Assembly: GCA_041392955.1 (NCBI GenBank)
Contig: JAWKLB010000004.1
Coordinates: 45,297 to 109,296, forward strand
Direction of reading: 5' to 3'
DNA from: Chitinophagales bacterium
GTDB lineage: Bacteria; Bacteroidota; Bacteroidia; Chitinophagales; BACL12
Length of the DNA: 64,000 nucleotides
In this document: positions 39,373 to 49,153 of the stretch, one piece after another
How positions within the stretch are numbered: position 1 is the stretch's first letter
Layout of the letters: each line of letters begins with the position of its first letter
Notes under the pieces: generated by a model
The model's input: only the letters and a program-made list of their open reading frames with translations
Database searches by the model: none
What the model was told of the DNA's origin: nothing
Made by a program: the position numbers and the translations under genes

Positions 39373-40496
39373 GATCTTTTTTCGACATATTATTGTATCC
39401 CTTCCGCAGATGGTTATCTATTCTGGACCGCTATGTGATCCGCAAATTTATTGTCAGCACCATTTTCGCGCACGTATGTATCATCTCTATCGCCATTGTT
39501 ATCGACCTGAGTGAGAAGTCTGAAAAATTTGTGGAACGGGGTGCCAGCGGATTAGACATCTTCCATTACTACCTCGACTTCATACCGTATATCGCTTCTA
39601 TTCTGGCGCCGCTGCTCATGTTTCTGGCGGTTATTTTCCTCACGTCGCGCATGGCGTATAACAGTGAGATCATCGCCATGTGGAACAGCGGGATGCAGTT
39701 CAAACGATTTTTGCGTCCTTATGTGATCTGCGGTTTATTGGGTGTTGTCACTTTATTATATGCGAATTATTACGCCGTTCCGCAAACAAATAAACGCAAA
39801 CTTACCTTTGAAGATAAATATATCCATGCCCCAAAAAATATCAGCAGCAATTTGCACTTGCGCATCGACCGGCAAACCAATGTTTCCTTAGAGCGCTTCA
39901 AATTCAAAGACAATACCGGTTATAATTTCTCTCTGGAAACCTTTACCGGAACCGGCAAGGATAAACAATTGGTAATGAAGATCAATGCCAGTAAGATCGT
40001 TTACCACCCGGATACAGGCAATTGGCAGTTCGTGGATTTTAAAAAATGGGAGATACATGGTGTTGCAGAAAAATACAGTGAAGGGCATTCCATGGATACT
40101 ACATTGCATTTATTGCCCAAAGATTTTGATGAGGATATTCGCGTAAAGGATATTCTGACTTACAATGAGTTGGATGCCTTTATCAAAGAAAAAGAAAATG
40201 AAGGGACCGGCGATATTGCCTATTACAGAGTAGAGCAATACAGGCGTGCCTCATCGGCATTCTCTGTGCTTATTCTGGTGATCATGGGTGCGGCATTAGG
40301 TTCGAAACGTATCCGCGGCGGGAACTGGTTCAACATTATTGCCGGAATTGCATTGGGTGCGCTGTATATCTTTTTCCTGCAGTTCAGCACCACCTTTTCC
40401 ACGAACAGCGATCTGCATCCGCTCATCGGAACGAATATTCCCAACATATTATTTGCCTTGATCGCTTTACTGCTGGTCAGATACGCATCGAAGTAG
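39330..40496 (+). CDS. LptF/LptG family (YjgP/YjgQ) permease
   Basis: LDRYVIRKFIVSTIF N-terminal motif, six helices and a large periplasmic loop. The ORF track start overlaps tgt by 43 nt, so the true start is probably further downstream (non-ATG) and is uncertain. Confidence 0.8.
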   Translation: MEKEHGQKGKYPFVRSFFDILLYPFRRWLSILDRYVIRKFIVSTIFAHVCIISIAIVIDLSEKSEKFVERGASGLDIFHYYLDFIPYIASILAPLLMFLAVIFLTSRMAYNSEIIAMWNSGMQFKRFLRPYVICGLLGVVTLLYANYYAVPQTNKRKLTFEDKYIHAPKNISSNLHLRIDRQTNVSLERFKFKDNTGYNFSLETFTGTGKDKQLVMKINASKIVYHPDTGNWQFVDFKKWEIHGVAEKYSEGHSMDTTLHLLPKDFDEDIRVKDILTYNELDAFIKEKENEGTGDIAYYRVEQYRRASSAFSVLILVIMGAALGSKRIRGGNWFNIIAGIALGALYIFFLQFSTTFSTNSDLHPLIGTNIPNILFALIALLLVRYASK

Positions 40497-40497
40497 A

Positions 40498-42024
40498 TCA
40501 GAACGGAGGTTCATCCTCCATGTCGTCCATTTTGGATTTCCTCGTGATCGTTGCTTTATTTTCTTTCATCACATTGGCAAGTGGTGTGAGGTTTTGCGGA
40601 TTATATACCTCTTCCAGGTCGACGAATTTGATGAATTTATCTACGAAGCGCACGCGCACATTTTCGAGTGCACCATTCCGGTGTTTAGCAATGATCACTT
40701 CTGCGATACCTTTTGTCGGGTTGCCGCTTTCATCTACATCCAAACCATAATATTCCGGTCTGTACAGGAAGCACACCACGTCGGCATCCTGTTCAATGGC
40801 ACCCGATTCACGCAAGTCGCTCAACATGGGCCGCTTGGTACCGCCGCGGTCTTCCACTTTACGGCTCAGCTGACTCAAAGCTATGATGGGTATGTTCAAT
40901 TCCTTTGCTATGGATTTCAGTGAGCGGGATATCTGACTGATCTCCTGTTCGCGGTTCCCTCCTTTCGACACTTCACTGGTGGTCATCAATTGGAGGTAAT
41001 CGATGATGATCATCTGAATATCATGTTGCATTTTCAACCTGCGACATTTTGCGCGCAATTCGAAAATATTAATGGCAGGTGTATCATCAATGTAGATAGG
41101 CGCTTCACCCAATCGGCCCGACAATTTAAGCAGTTGCACCATTTCGTGTTCTGCCAACTGTCCTTTGATGATCTTCTCCGCGGGAATTTCTGTTTCGGCT
41201 GAGATCAAACGCTTTACGATCTGTTGTGCGCTCATCTCCAAAGAAAATACGGCGACAGGTTTGCTGAAATCCACCGCTGCATTTCGCGCCAGAGAAAGTG
41301 TGAATGCCGTTTTACCCATGGACGGGCGCGCTGCAACAATGATGAGGTCAGAACGCTGCCAACCACCCGTTACACGATCCAGGTTGGTGAAACCACTCGG
41401 ACAACCCGTCAGTGAATCTTCGTGTTTGCGTGCTTCGTCGATCTCCTTTATCGTTGCTGTCAATAAATTATTGATATCGTTATAACTGGTGCGCAGGTTC
41501 TTATCTGCAATGTTGAACAGATTCTGTTCTGCGCTGTCGAGCAACTCAAAAACATCTGTTGTATCCTCGTAGGCGTCGTGCACTATCTCTGTAGAGATGC
41601 GGATGAGCTCGCGCTGAATATATTTCTGTGCAACGATACGTGCATGATGTTCCACGTGTGCCGCGCTGGCCACGCGGTTTGTCAGCGATGTGATATAAAA
41701 AGGGCCACCGGCTTCTTCCAGTTGTCCCATTTTACGCAGTTCTTCTGTAACTGTGAGTAAGTCAACAGGCTGTGTTTTTTCAAACAAACGGCGAATGGCG
41801 GTGTAGATGAGACGATGTCTGTCGTCATAAAAACTTTCCGGGCGCAAAATTTCTATCGCGTTGGTCACCGCATCGCGGTCGATCATAAATGCGCCGAGTA
41901 CCGCTTCTTCCAGATCGGTAGCCTGCGGTGGCACTTTTCCGTACACAATGGATGAAAGATCGGCTTGCTTGCGCTTGCGATCTATGTTCTTGTAATTTTC
42001 GTTGGCCTGGTTCAGTTCTGACAT
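40498..42024 (-). CDS. dnaB: Replicative DNA helicase DnaB
   Basis: PPQATDLEEAVLGAFMID, Walker A AARPSMGKTAF, IIIDYLQLM, and the SQLSR arginine-finger region. The ATG at 42024 is preferred over 42069. Confidence 0.97.
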   Translation of the reverse strand: MSELNQANENYKNIDRKRKQADLSSIVYGKVPPQATDLEEAVLGAFMIDRDAVTNAIEILRPESFYDDRHRLIYTAIRRLFEKTQPVDLLTVTEELRKMGQLEEAGGPFYITSLTNRVASAAHVEHHARIVAQKYIQRELIRISTEIVHDAYEDTTDVFELLDSAEQNLFNIADKNLRTSYNDINNLLTATIKEIDEARKHEDSLTGCPSGFTNLDRVTGGWQRSDLIIVAARPSMGKTAFTLSLARNAAVDFSKPVAVFSLEMSAQQIVKRLISAETEIPAEKIIKGQLAEHEMVQLLKLSGRLGEAPIYIDDTPAINIFELRAKCRRLKMQHDIQMIIIDYLQLMTTSEVSKGGNREQEISQISRSLKSIAKELNIPIIALSQLSRKVEDRGGTKRPMLSDLRESGAIEQDADVVCFLYRPEYYGLDVDESGNPTKGIAEVIIAKHRNGALENVRVRFVDKFIKFVDLEEVYNPQNLTPLANVMKENKATITRKSKMDDMEDEPPF

Positions 42025-42399
42025 ACGGGTGATGTTGCAATGGTTGTTGGTTCGTTCTCCTTCAGGCAAAACAATCCCGTGGCGCTTCAGCGCCGTAATG
42101 TACTATCGGTAAATCGCTTTGAAGAGGAAGCCCAAAAGTATACCTGACATACATCGTTTTCTAATTTTCGGGCACAAAAATCTTTACACATACAGCCGTT
42201 CTTTTCTACCCGATTTATAACGGCTATTTTCCAGTAATCTACATAAAAAAGAATTATTTTTTCACGCATTATCCACAGTTTGCAAGTGCCTGTGGAGGAT
42301 GTCTGCATAACATGTGTGCACACGGCTTCTCTCTTGCCGCACATAGGTTAACATATACTGAAAAGTATAATCTAACTACCGTGAAAAGGAGAGAAAAAA

Positions 42400-43599
42400 T
42401 TATCCTTTGAACGCATCCAGTCCGGTAACATCCATACCTGTGATAAGCAGATGGATATCATGTGTTCCTTCGTAGGTAATGACGCTTTCGAGGTTCATCA
42501 TATGGCGCATGATGCTGTATTCGCCAGTGATGCCCATACCTCCTAACAATTGTCGGGCCTCGCGCGCTATTTCCAATGCCATGTTCACATTATTGCGTTT
42601 TGCCATGGATATCTGCGCAGGAGTTGCTTTGCCTTCGTCTTTCAATACGGCCAGGCGCCATGCGAGCAGTTGTGCCTTGGTGATCTCCGTGATCATCTCG
42701 GCGAGTTTTTTCTGCTGTAATTGAAATCCGCCAATGGGTTTGCCAAATTGCATGCGCTCTTTGCTGTAGCGCAAGGCGGTATCGTAACAATCCATGGCTG
42801 CACCCATGGCACCCCAGCTGATTCCAAAGCGCGCAGTGGACAAGCAACTCAGCGGACCTTTTAGTCCTTTTATTTCCGGGAATAGATTCTCTTTGGGGAC
42901 TTTCACGTTGTCAAATACCAATTCGCCGGTGGCAGATGCGCGCAAGCTCCATTTTCCATGTGTCTCCGGCGTGCTGAATCCTTCCATACCGCGCTCGACG
43001 ATAAGACCGCGGATGGCTCCTGTTTCATCCTTGGCCCAAACAACCGCTATATCGGCGAACGGCGCATTGCTGATCCACATTTTTGCACCATTGAGCAGGT
43101 AGTGGTCACCTTTATCTTTGATATTGGTGATCATGCCGCCGGGATTGGAACCGTGATCCGGTTCTGTCAGCCCGAAGCAACCGATCATTTTTCCGGATGC
43201 CAGTTGCGGTAAATATTTTCTGCGTTGTTCCTCCGTGCCAAAAGTATAGATGGGGTACATCACCAAACTTCCCTGCACAGATACCAGGGAACGAATACCG
43301 CTATCACCGCGCTCGATCTCCTGCATAATAAGGCCATAGGAAATGTTATCGAGCCCGCCTCCGCCGTATTCTGCGGGAATGGTAGGGCCGAAAGCACCAA
43401 TTTCTGCCAAACCGGGGATCAGTTGTTTGGGCGTCTCTGCTTTTTGGGCATATTCTTCTATGATGGGCGAAATTTCTTGTTTTACGAACTGGCGCACGGT
43501 GTCGCGGATCAGTTTGTGTTCCGTGGTCAGCAGATCGTCCAACTGGTAGTAGTCCACACCTTCAAAGAGATCGTTCGGCATAACAGTGATTTTGGGCAA
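42400..43599 (-). CDS. Acyl-CoA dehydrogenase (glutaryl-CoA dehydrogenase-like)
   Basis: 399 aa. CFGLTEPDHGSNPGGM, a C-terminal catalytic region ...YEGTHDIH..., and an N-terminal layout typical of GCDH-type enzymes. Confidence 0.85.
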   Translation of the reverse strand: MPKITVMPNDLFEGVDYYQLDDLLTTEHKLIRDTVRQFVKQEISPIIEEYAQKAETPKQLIPGLAEIGAFGPTIPAEYGGGGLDNISYGLIMQEIERGDSGIRSLVSVQGSLVMYPIYTFGTEEQRRKYLPQLASGKMIGCFGLTEPDHGSNPGGMITNIKDKGDHYLLNGAKMWISNAPFADIAVVWAKDETGAIRGLIVERGMEGFSTPETHGKWSLRASATGELVFDNVKVPKENLFPEIKGLKGPLSCLSTARFGISWGAMGAAMDCYDTALRYSKERMQFGKPIGGFQLQQKKLAEMITEITKAQLLAWRLAVLKDEGKATPAQISMAKRNNVNMALEIAREARQLLGGMGITGEYSIMRHMMNLESVITYEGTHDIHLLITGMDVTGLDAFKG

Positions 43600-43680
43600 A
43601 GATATTTAAAAGCCTGCGCACTTACTTTATGACAGGAGCTCTGCCGGTGTTTGTATTCGTTACTTTTGTTGAAAAAAGGG

Positions 43681-44028
43681 ATGAACCGAATCGTTTTGGA
43701 AGGTATGTTGTTTAAAAGCCATATCGGCGTATATGATTATGAGCAATTATATGGCAACAATTTCGAGGTAGATCTGCATGTGGAAAGTGCAGCCATTCGC
43801 AGTAGTGGCGATGCTATAACCTCCACTCTGGATTATGTGGAATTATATCGCATTGTGCATCAGGTTATGGGCGGCAGATACAACTTGATAGAAACGGCGT
43901 GCGCCGATATTATTCAACAGGTTCGCCAACTGTCCTATCCGATCGAAAGCGTTTATATCCGCATCGCAAAATTACACCCGCCATTGGGTGAAGAAGTGCG
44001 CAAGGTTTGGATAGAAATGGCGGGATAA
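43681..44028 (+). CDS. folB: Dihydroneopterin aldolase
   Basis: IVLEGMLFKSHIGVYDYEQLYGNNFEVDLHVE...LDYVELYRIV. About 115 aa from the ATG at 43681. Confidence 0.85.
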   Translation: MNRIVLEGMLFKSHIGVYDYEQLYGNNFEVDLHVESAAIRSSGDAITSTLDYVELYRIVHQVMGGRYNLIETACADIIQQVRQLSYPIESVYIRIAKLHPPLGEEVRKVWIEMAG

Positions 44029-44082
44029 GTGGTTAAATATGCTAATTCGATAATTCCTTTATATTTTTGCGTTCCCATAACG

Positions 44083-44153
44083 GGTCGGATGGCCGAGAGG
44101 TTAGGCAAGGCTCTGCAAAAGCTTCTACAGCGGTTCAAATCCGCTTCCGACCT
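44083..44153 (+). tRNA. tRNA-Cys (anticodon GCA)
   Basis: Hand-folded: acceptor GGTCGGA/TCCGACC, anticodon loop CTGCAAA, T-arm AGCGG-TTCAAAT-CCGCT, discriminator T. ORF 44029..44211 is a shadow. Confidence 0.9.
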
Positions 44154-44158
44154 CAGGA

Positions 44159-44192
44159 AACCCTCGCTTTTTCAAGCGGGGGTTCTTTTTTT
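44159..44192 (+). terminator. Rho-independent terminator after tRNA-Cys
   Basis: AACCCTCGC-tttttcaa-GCGGGGGTT followed by CTTTTTTT. Confidence 0.75.
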
Positions 44193-44238
44193 CTCAAAGA
44201 TGAAAATGTAATTATTGATTGACAGGAGTTAATTGTCA

Positions 44239-44518
44239 GGGGTTAGGGGTTAGGGGTTAGGGCCGTTTTTTATTATGAGCATTCTTTATTAGAACATACT
44301 GCGACTGGGACTGCGACTTAGTCATTAGTCATTGGAAAACGGCATTGATCTGTGTTATACTTACAAGAATGCGGCATTCAGCTATGTTAGGAGTTAGGAG
44401 TTAGGGGTTAGGGCCGATCGTAAAAGGATGACCGGATAATTCCTTATTCCTCCACCCTGCGGCGGATCCGCCTATCGGCGGACATTCCTTATTCCTTATT
44501 CCTTATTCCTTTTTCCTT
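44239..44518. repeat. Mosaic of heptanucleotide tandem repeats with embedded 36-nt two-hairpin core (locus A)
   Basis: Arrays: (GGGGTTA)x3 at 44239-44262, (TTAGTCA)x2 at 44318-44333, (GTTAGGA)x2(GTTAGGG)x2 at 44386-44413. ATTCCTT units sit at 44439-44450 and 44484-44518, flanking the core TCCACCCTGCGGCGGATCCGCCTATCGGCGGACATT (44451-44486). Confidence 0.9.
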
Positions 44519-45117
44519 ACCGCTGCTCGCCGATGCCGGTATTCCCATCGCGCACACAACGGCACATCATACCATAGTTCTTGGAAAAATAATTGCTGAA
44601 TACGAGCGGCATTTTTTCGCGGATAAAATAATATACATATGCCGTACTTTCATTATTCTCGTCGGAGGTCCAGTAACTCGCCTGTAAATTATCTGCACTG
44701 TAACGCCCATTCACATTGGGTGGCCATCCAAATACGATATTGAATCCGAAATTGGGGTTGAAGGCGAGCACGTTACCCGCTTTTTTTTCGCCTCCGGTTC
44801 TGGCTACCAGGGTATCCCATTCTGCCCGGCTTGGTATATGCCAACCTTTCGGACAAGCACTTTGCGCTTCCTGCCAGTTATATAATCTGCCATACGTTTT
44901 GCAATTCTTCCTTTATCTTCATAACACCAGCTTTCTTTGCATACCGCAGGTTCTCATCCAAACCTGATCGCCAATTTAAACGCGACATGCTCTACCATCG
45001 CGACTTTGTCCCGGAAGGTAAAAATGGTGTCTGCCACATATCATAACTCTGCGCATAACCGGAAACCAACCGGGTACAAGAAAAGAAGAAGGCAATAAAC
45101 TTGATCGTGTCTCGCAT
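44517..45117 (-). pseudogene. FISUMP-domain (Fibrobacter succinogenes major paralogous domain) lipoprotein, multiple frameshifts
   Basis: Minus-strand pieces lie in different frames: signal MRDTIKFIAFFFSC..., IGDQVWM.ENLRY, WCYEDKG, then NCKTYGRLYNWQEAQSACPKGWHIPSRAEWDTLVARTGGEKKAGNVLAF...YWTSDE...GMMCRCVRD. Confidence 0.75.
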
Positions 45118-45193
45118 CGCTGCAAAAATTTCGCTAACATATCTCAAAATCAATGGTAATCGATATTAAAAAATGGTTTTAATTTCTTTAACA

Positions 45194-45760
45194 GTGGATA
45201 TCATCGTTTTTGCTGCCACAGAAGCTGAGAGGTAAAACCTTTTGCAGACCATCTTTCTGCAGCATACCTGTTCACTTGTTTATACCGGCGGGCCCGCCGC
45301 ATCTTGCTATGCGATCACAAAATCGCTGATCGAAGAAAACTCCGACCTGGTGATCCAGGCCGGGATAGCCGGAAGTTTCGACCGGGAAATACAGACGGGG
45401 AAGTGGTGTGCGTGCAAGCAATGCTTTGGCCGAAGCCGCGCGCATTCTTAGATGTATTCACCCTGGGACTCAGCGACCCGGATGCGCAACCCTATACACA
45501 AGGAAGGTTGCAGAACCCCATCTACCTGCTGCAATATATGCAGAAAGTTTGCGCAGCGTGCGCGGTGTAACGGTAGAAACCACCAGCGGACATGAGAACG
45601 ATATCCGCCTGCTTAAAGCGCATTTTGACGCAGAGATCGAAACCATGGAATTTTTTATGTTGCAGTTGTTTGATGCAACAAACTCCTTTCGCAGCGTTGC
45701 GCAGTATCAGCAATATGAGCCTCCCTGTCCGAATGATACTTTTCTTTTTGATGCGATGAT
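45194..45760 (+). pseudogene. mqnB: Futalosine hydrolase (MqnB-like), decayed; boundaries approximate
   Basis: Fragments: VDIIVFAATEAE then a stop; DLVIQAGIAGSFDREIQTG; VRGVTVETTSGHENDIRLLKAHFDAEIETME; FAALRSISN in another frame. Confidence 0.6.
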
Positions 45761-46509
45761 ACACAGGCGCACGATATACGGAAGGACTGAATTCGATGTG
45801 CAACACCATGATGTAGAGACATTGAATAAAGAACTTGTTGCAGCAGGTATACTGGATATCAGCAAATTGAGTTACCACGCTTATGCCTATGTAAGTGAAA
45901 ATATATTCTGCTGCACGCAGGTTGGCCTTGGGCCGGGGATGCGGACCCTCCGGGATCACAAGGACATTATTCCCGAATCCAAGATCCCCTACTGCCTGAT
46001 CGGAATACCCGGAAGTTTGACTACTGCAAATTTTTGCTCAGCATAATGTAATCACTCTTCATACTGCTGAGTTCAATCGATGATTTTCAGGTATGACATG
46101 ATAAACGCGCCATCACATCATAAATCCATCTACGCGGCAAAGGGACTGCATAAAATTGCGGATCTGGGTAGCTGGTGGGGAGGAAAAATATGCTCGCCGG
46201 GCCTATTCACTCCTGGCGGCATAGCCATGCGCAGAACACATCCCCTGAAATACAACAAAGCTATTAGCGCGTTTTGCTAAATAGTAATAACAATATGCCT
46301 TAGATCATCCGGAAGACAGTATGATTACGTGCGGGCTCATGCAGGAAATGGATGAGGATGTCATGCGTCAGCATATCGCATTATATGTGAATGCTTTTTC
46401 GGTTGACCTGGGTGCAGAAGGTGTACAAGCTATAGAAGAAATGTATCGCATCGCGATGCAACATAAAAAAATACCCGGCTTATATCATCCTATATTAGTG
46501 GAAAAATGA
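45700..46509 (+). pseudogene. mqnD: MqnA/MqnD-family menaquinone (futalosine pathway) enzyme, best fit 1,4-dihydroxy-6-naphthoate synthase, decayed; boundaries approximate
   Basis: Fragments: PCPNDTFLFDAMIH...DVETLNKELVAAGILDISKLSYHAYAYV, IGIPGSLTTANF, GLHKIADLGSWWG, and C-terminal QEMDEDVMRQHIALYVNAFSVDLGAEG. They are interrupted by stops and frame changes. Confidence 0.6.
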
Positions 46510-47064
46510 TGCATGAGCAGATCATATGCATCGGGCATATCTTCTGCAAAACAAAAATACCTTCGGCATGACCTTCGGTCACCACGATGCCTTTGGTATC
46601 CTTCCCCATACAACTTTGCATCGCCAAAGCCATCTCCGGTGTTCCATATAATATTTCTATATCAGTTGTTGGCACAGTATGTAATAACCTTTCCCACATG
46701 GCCTTTTGATGCACATGGATAACAGCACCGGCGCCATGCGCATATAATGCAGCATGCGTCAATGCTTCTGAGCTTGCAGCACCGGACCCAGGCAGTCGAG
46801 TGTGTTTTTTCAATGGCATATCCTGTAAATCGACAATGTTATACACCGGAACAGCGCCGGTTTGCGTGCCGCTGATAAAGTAAAGAATGAGCAGAATATT
46901 TACAACCGATATTCCCGCATCTAATGCCATCTGGATATACACCTATCAAACCTTTCTTTGATATAACAGATTCCCTGAAATTGATCAATGCAGCCGGCAA
47001 TTTCAGCATCGGTCTGTTCCCAACGTATCGCATATTTAATATATCCATCCTGTGGCTCCTGCAT
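46490..47064 (-). pseudogene. Class II aldolase/adducin-family protein (MtnB-like), frameshifted
   Basis: From the ATG at 47064: MQEPQDGYIKYAIRWEQ..., then KGLIGVYPDGI.CGNI in a second frame, then FISGTQTG...SSEALTHAALYAHGAGAVIHVHQ in a third. The start codon sits 2 nt after the mtnA stop. Confidence 0.6.
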
Positions 47065-47066
47065 GT

Positions 47067-48078
47067 TTATTTGGTGTTGAATAATGCACTGATGGATGGC
47101 TTATCCGCCGAACAAATTCCTTTTTCAGTAATTAGTCCCGTACCCTGGCAGTGTACACGAGCATAGCTGAGCGCAACGGCATCAACCGGGGATATCAATA
47201 CTTTTTCAATAGCGTTGCCCAGGGCACCTTACATATTTAATTTCATCGGGATTGCGTTCTTCTATAACCGCTTCCGCTTCTGCATCTTCCATGCGCATAT
47301 CGATGGTGCTCAATGGCAGGGCCACATAAAAAGGTACATGATTGTCATATGCAGCGAGCGCTTTCATATAGGTGCCGATTTTATTTATGACATCCCTGTT
47401 CGTCCGGTCAGAGCCGGTGATCACCAGATCCACCATTTTGATGAAATACTCCGCTTGCATTATTCAAATCAATGGTTAGGAATATTATTCTCCCCAATTT
47501 GCGGCGGTAAGTTGAGCCGCCCTGATTCCTGCCGGGTCTCACATACATTACGTATATTCATTCCCGCTTCTTAGGGCCGCATATATCGGTGCGGTCGTAC
47601 TTTCGGTCGACCGTTGCGAGCCAGCCTGCATTACAATGCGTGAGGACCTGCACCGTTTCTCCATTTTTTAGCGCGGTTATTTCTTTGATCAATTGCATAC
47701 CGTGCTCACCTATCAAGGCATTATTTTCCACGTCGGCGTCACATATCCATTGCGCACGCACTTACGCAACATCTACTTCCACTGAATCGTTACCGGTGAT
47801 GGCATCGAGCATTGCCCAGTGCCTAACGCAGGTTCACTGCCGTTGGCCGGGTTTGCATTATGCATCATACGCTTTTTTAAAGTTGCATCTCTTTCGTTTG
47901 CATCTTTCACTTCGAAGCGAAAGCGAGTACATACCCATGCAGCAGCAGCACCGACCGCGCACCGCGCACCCACATATCGCGGATGGCCAGACAATACTTC
48001 GTCAACGGTGCGTATCCTCCCGAATATTTACCTGATGTGGTAAATAGCGCTGGTCGATAATACAAATGCATTGTGCAT
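47067..48078 (-). pseudogene. mtnA: S-methyl-5-thioribose-1-phosphate isomerase, heavily frameshifted
   Basis: Minus-strand fragments in changing frames: IIDQRYLPHQV, AIRDMWVRGA, ALIGEHGMQLI...[24 protein letters not shown]...[30 protein letters not shown], and terminal TGLITEKGI...LFNTK*. Confidence 0.7.
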
Positions 48079-48127
48079 CGTTTGGATGCAACCATATCGT
48101 TCTATATTGGCTACCTTTAATCAACAT

Positions 48128-49093
48128 ATGCAGTGGAATACAAAGATACGCAGTATGGCTCTGGTGGGCTTTCTTTTATTTCCCGTGTGTATGCAGGCGC
48201 AAACCCAAAACCTGTATTTGTATATCGATTCCAATACCATCATTGGCAACATAGAGAACAACAAAGCGTACGTTTCAGAAACCGAGATCGCATATACCAT
48301 ATCCGGAAATCAGATCTTCAGCGGTGATGGCACCAAAAGAGAACAGTTATTATTTCTGATCAATGCGAAAGATATACTGAGTAAAAAAGTAGGACTTGTA
48401 TATCAAATGGATGGAAAGACCATTCAATATATCACCAGAAAGAACACCTTTTATCTGGGCGATTACCCGATCGACTATGACCTCGAGGACCTGCTGATGC
48501 TTTCACCGGTAAATGATAGTATCACGGAGGTGATCAGCGGCATCGATGGAAAAAAGCTGGGTGTGATAAGCGGAAAATTCCATGGTCAGGCAGAGATCGT
48601 TTTGGCGGCGCATATGTATATCCGTCATTTCGGATTGGATGAAGAGGTGCAAAGTGCCATGCAACAAGCATACGGTGATACGGGCGCTTCCGGATATGGT
48701 TATATCCGGCCTTTTATCGATCATGGCAGGTATTACGAATGGGAATGGGATGGCGAGACATTAAAGCCTGTTTGGGGTTACCGGCCCGAAGACAATTGGA
48801 AATTTGACGGTAAATATCTGCAACCGGTTTGGAGTGCCGACCCGCAATCGGAATGGGTATGGGATGGCAATATTTTAAGGCCCTTTTGGGATGAAAGTTC
48901 ACGGAATCAATGGACTTGGGATAGTGAAGTGTTAAAACCATTTTGGGATAGCGACCCGGATAAAATGTGGAAGCTGGACGACGGGATCATGCGCCCGATG
49001 TGGAACTTCGACCAAAACCAACAATGGGTGATCGAGGGAGAAATCCCACTCCCTGTCATCGCCCTGGTGGTTCTGGGCATAGCCGACCGATAG
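48128..49093 (+). CDS. Secreted protein with C-terminal Trp-rich 19-residue tandem repeats
   Basis: Signal peptide (MALVGFLLFPVCMQAQT region). The C-terminal third contains about six units of the pattern xWxWDGxxL(K/R)PxW. Confidence 0.6.
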   Translation: MQWNTKIRSMALVGFLLFPVCMQAQTQNLYLYIDSNTIIGNIENNKAYVSETEIAYTISGNQIFSGDGTKREQLLFLINAKDILSKKVGLVYQMDGKTIQYITRKNTFYLGDYPIDYDLEDLLMLSPVNDSITEVISGIDGKKLGVISGKFHGQAEIVLAAHMYIRHFGLDEEVQSAMQQAYGDTGASGYGYIRPFIDHGRYYEWEWDGETLKPVWGYRPEDNWKFDGKYLQPVWSADPQSEWVWDGNILRPFWDESSRNQWTWDSEVLKPFWDSDPDKMWKLDDGIMRPMWNFDQNQQWVIEGEIPLPVIALVVLGIADR

Positions 49094-49153
49094 TTTGGTG
49101 CAAGGTTCAGTTTGCTTATCTTTGCGCTTCATTTTTCACATTAATCATACAAC

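Noticed and set aside
42269-42299. A perfect DnaA box TTATCCACA (42269-42277) facing a degenerate box TGTGGAGGA (42291-42299) in the AT-rich 375-bp gap upstream of dnaB, which could be oriC
   Set aside because: One perfect 9-mer on either strand is expected by chance about 0.5 times in 64 kb. I found only one perfect and one 2-mismatch box, with no cluster and no dnaA or dnaN nearby. It is worth a glance in a GC-skew plot but is not supportable as an origin from this window.
44029-44211. 60-aa ORF 44029..44211
   Set aside because: It is read straight through tRNA-Cys and its terminator, so it is not a credible coding sequence.
44239-44262. GGGGTTA/GTTAGGG arrays resemble eukaryotic telomere repeats (TTAGGG/TTTAGGG-like)
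   Set aside because: The arrays are only three or four units long and internal to a bacterial chromosome segment between a tRNA and a gene remnant. They sit beside other unrelated heptamer arrays, so I treat them as one member of a heptamer-repeat mosaic, not as telomeric sequence or eukaryotic contamination.
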